Assembly: GCA_036630325.1 (NCBI GenBank)
Contig: CP142734.1
Location: 620,001-684,000 of the forward strand
Reading direction: 5' to 3'
Source: Vairimorpha necatrix
Lineage: Eukaryota
Length of the DNA stretch: 64,000 bases
Positions 61,918 through 64,000 of the stretch are shown here, piece by piece. The notes below the pieces were generated by a model. The model worked only from the letters and a program-made list of their open reading frames with translations, was not told the DNA's origin and did not search any database. The position numbers and the translations under genes were made by a program. The stretch's first letter is position 1, and each line of letters starts with the position of its first letter.

Positions 61918-63327
61918 TTAGTTTCGGATCTGAAACATAGATGGTTTCAGATCATTATCAACTGTTTCATCTTTCAGTTTTAGTCTGATTATTGGCGTGT
62001 GCAACACAGCCGGTAACACTCTCCCCTCCTTAGAACAAGGCTTCACTTCCAGAGAAGAGGTTAAATCCTCCAATATATCGTCATCTTTATTATATACTAC
62101 AAAATCGTTTCGGTTTATAGAGTGTTCTATTCCAACTTCAAGACTCCTTACTTCATAGGCTCCTTTTAGTTTGTTTTTCGTGACTATGTAGGGTCCTATA
62201 TATATTTTATCCAATCTTTCATTTCTATATAATGTATGGTAAGACATTAGGAACTTTTTACGTGGCTTCTTGAAGATATTGTACGTTATTCTTTTTAACC
62301 TTTTTCTCGAGTTATCTAATCCATAGGGGATGATATTCCACAGTAGTTTTCCTGTAAATTTCGGCCTAAAAACAACATCACTTTTTGGCACGATTGATGC
62401 GTGAGCGCTTCGAGCGATCGTATCTTCCTCGCCCGCCACGCTTTTAAATGGTCGTATAGGGATTTCTTTATTTTCTTCATACCCACTTAATTCCTTTCTC
62501 GTGGGTATCTGATAGTATCTATTTTCCAGGTCGAGCTGTTGGTTTATTTTCGTGCTACTTAGATAAGCCCAACGCGCAATTAATCCAGATTTTGCCTTGT
62601 TGTACTTTGTTCTATTAAACTCTTTAAAATCTATGCATAGTTGCATACAGTCGACCCCTTCCGTTGCGATTACAGCGGGTGTTTGGTAGTATCGCTTTCC
62701 CGGGTCGAGCTGGCGGTTCAATTTCACTGTACTCAAATATGTAAAAGATTCTTCAAACAACTGAGGTTGACATACTTCTTCAATCATGGTTTCTTTTGCT
62801 TTTGTATCTTCATTGCATAGGCGCACACCATCGTCTCTTTTCGTTACGATCGAACTTAATGAGTCCTTGGTACTCGTATAGTCGTCTCTTCCCGCGCTTT
62901 TATTTACTTGCGCATTGTTTGGGTTGTTTCCATCGTGTTTGAGTATGTTCTTTTGTAAGCAAACAATATGCCTGCTGGTCGATGCACTCATCTCGGTTAA
63001 TCTCAGATTTCGATACTGAAGTGGGGTCTGAGCTGTTTCTGTACTTGCTCTTTTTTTAATCCGCATATCTTCTTGTTTTGACACTCTTTTGTCTATACTC
63101 TGTGGATAGTTTCGAATGCAATGGCCTCCTTTAGCCCTTCTTAGTTTCTCTCTATTAACTAAGTTTTTATCAACAAATGAGTTGGATTCACCTGATCCCA
63201 GGCGCATTCTTACTACATCGCCATTAACGGTATCTTCAACTGTAGTATCGTTCGTGTCTCTTGACACCGGATCTGCCTCGATTAAAAACACCTCTATTTC
63301 CTCGTGTTTATTGCAGTCCTTAAGCAA
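61918..63327 (-). CDS. 469-aa ORF of rearranged pol-derived fragments without catalytic cores
   Basis: In frame with CYKCGGEHLLKDC. Protease-like VNG..RMRLGSGESNSFV, two RT-like LD...YYQ blocks, IIPYGL, and integrase-tail YIGPYIV. No YxDD, RNase H or DDE core. Confidence 0.7.
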   Translation of the reverse strand: MLKDCNKHEEIEVFLIEADPVSRDTNDTTVEDTVNGDVVRMRLGSGESNSFVDKNLVNREKLRRAKGGHCIRNYPQSIDKRVSKQEDMRIKKRASTETAQTPLQYRNLRLTEMSASTSRHIVCLQKNILKHDGNNPNNAQVNKSAGRDDYTSTKDSLSSIVTKRDDGVRLCNEDTKAKETMIEEVCQPQLFEESFTYLSTVKLNRQLDPGKRYYQTPAVIATEGVDCMQLCIDFKEFNRTKYNKAKSGLIARWAYLSSTKINQQLDLENRYYQIPTRKELSGYEENKEIPIRPFKSVAGEEDTIARSAHASIVPKSDVVFRPKFTGKLLWNIIPYGLDNSRKRLKRITYNIFKKPRKKFLMSYHTLYRNERLDKIYIGPYIVTKNKLKGAYEVRSLEVGIEHSINRNDFVVYNKDDDILEDLTSSLEVKPCSKEGRVLPAVLHTPIIRLKLKDETVDNDLKPSMFQIRN

Positions 63328-63353
63328 GTGCTCACCTCCGCACTTATAGCATA

Positions 63354-63953
63354 CTACTTTTCTCGGACGCTCTTTCGTTCTTTAGTATCTGGCCTCGAAG
63401 TCCTTGCTTCCCTTGGCCTATTCTGTTCAGGTCTCTGCCTTGAACTCTCAATAAATTTACGATTTCTCTCGTAAATCTTTAGTACAACGTCCCATGGCGT
63501 TGCCTCTTCCACCTTTTCTTTTAGTGACGGTGGGAAATATCTGGCCAATTCCTCAGTGATTCCAGTCATGCTGACCTTAGCTTTCTTGTTTAGCTTTACC
63601 AGGTCGTAAATGAAGCTTTCAATCTTCCTAGATTGAGGTCCAGAGAAAAGTTTTTTGTAAAGCATTCTAGTATAGTCAATTCCTTCCTGGAACTCTTCTT
63701 TCCCATACTTTCTTAGGAAAATTTGTTTAAATTCCGTGTATGCTTCCACCTCGTCTTCAACCATAGCCTCATACCATTGGAGCGCTATATCCCCCAGGTA
63801 TCTCTTCGTATAGTTCAATAGTTTATTGTCACTCCATTCTCTCTCGAGATATTGGAATTGGTTAATCCAAACCCATGCATTCTCGCTTTGGGTCCCGTTG
63901 AATTTCACCATCGTGTTAGTTGATATTCCTAACTTATCTAGCAGGTGATCCAA
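63354..63953 (-). CDS. gag: Gag capsid-like protein
   Basis: KFNGTQSENAWVWINQF...YLGDIALQWY...EFKQIFLRKY, typical of retrotransposon gag. Confidence 0.85.
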   Translation of the reverse strand: MDHLLDKLGISTNTMVKFNGTQSENAWVWINQFQYLEREWSDNKLLNYTKRYLGDIALQWYEAMVEDEVEAYTEFKQIFLRKYGKEEFQEGIDYTRMLYKKLFSGPQSRKIESFIYDLVKLNKKAKVSMTGITEELARYFPPSLKEKVEEATPWDVVLKIYERNRKFIESSRQRPEQNRPREARTSRPDTKERKSVREK

Positions 63954-64000
63954 TTCGTTGGATTTCGAATAGTTGTCGCCAGTGTTACCAGAAGGAGAGC

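Larger units (their letters stand above)
61817..64000 (-). mobile_element. Non-autonomous gypsy-derived LTR element (gag plus mosaic pol-derived ORF); 5' LTR runs off the window
   Basis: 3' LTR 61817-62018 (TGTTACC...GGTAACA). First 18 bp repeated exactly at 63983-64000. PBS TGGCGACAAC. PPT AGGAGGGGAGAG. Internal region only about 1.96 kb. Confidence 0.9.

Overview
Very AT-rich eukaryotic DNA, most consistent with a large-genome microsporidian. This is an inference from intronless ORFs, a CCC motif just before many ATGs, and the mix of Merlin, Ty3/gypsy, Ginger, hAT, MULE and R4-like elements. Roughly two thirds of the window is nested, mostly decayed transposable elements whose ends and target-site duplications (TSDs) can be read directly. 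These are: at least 7 Ty3/gypsy LTR retrotransposons or remnants plus one 747-bp miniature; 11 Merlin (ISXO2/IS1595-like) insertions from about 8 families, one with an intact 316-aa transposase; 2 Ginger2/Tdd-like integrase transposons; 1 hAT; 2 FLYWCH-MULE transposases; a long-TIR non-autonomous family; and 2 R4/Dong-like non-LTR copies. Only one convincing intact host gene is present (749 aa, 36571-38820, probably secreted). The most unusual items are an LTR element keeping a 469-codon open frame of scrambled, catalytically dead pol fragments, an LTR element with 55-bp LTRs, a Ginger element with an antisense tRNA-like Pol III cassette facing its terminal repeat array, a gypsy whose primer-binding site (PBS) is replaced by a perfect palindrome, and Gag start codons formed by the LTR/PBS junction. 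All calls were made by eye; no searches were run.
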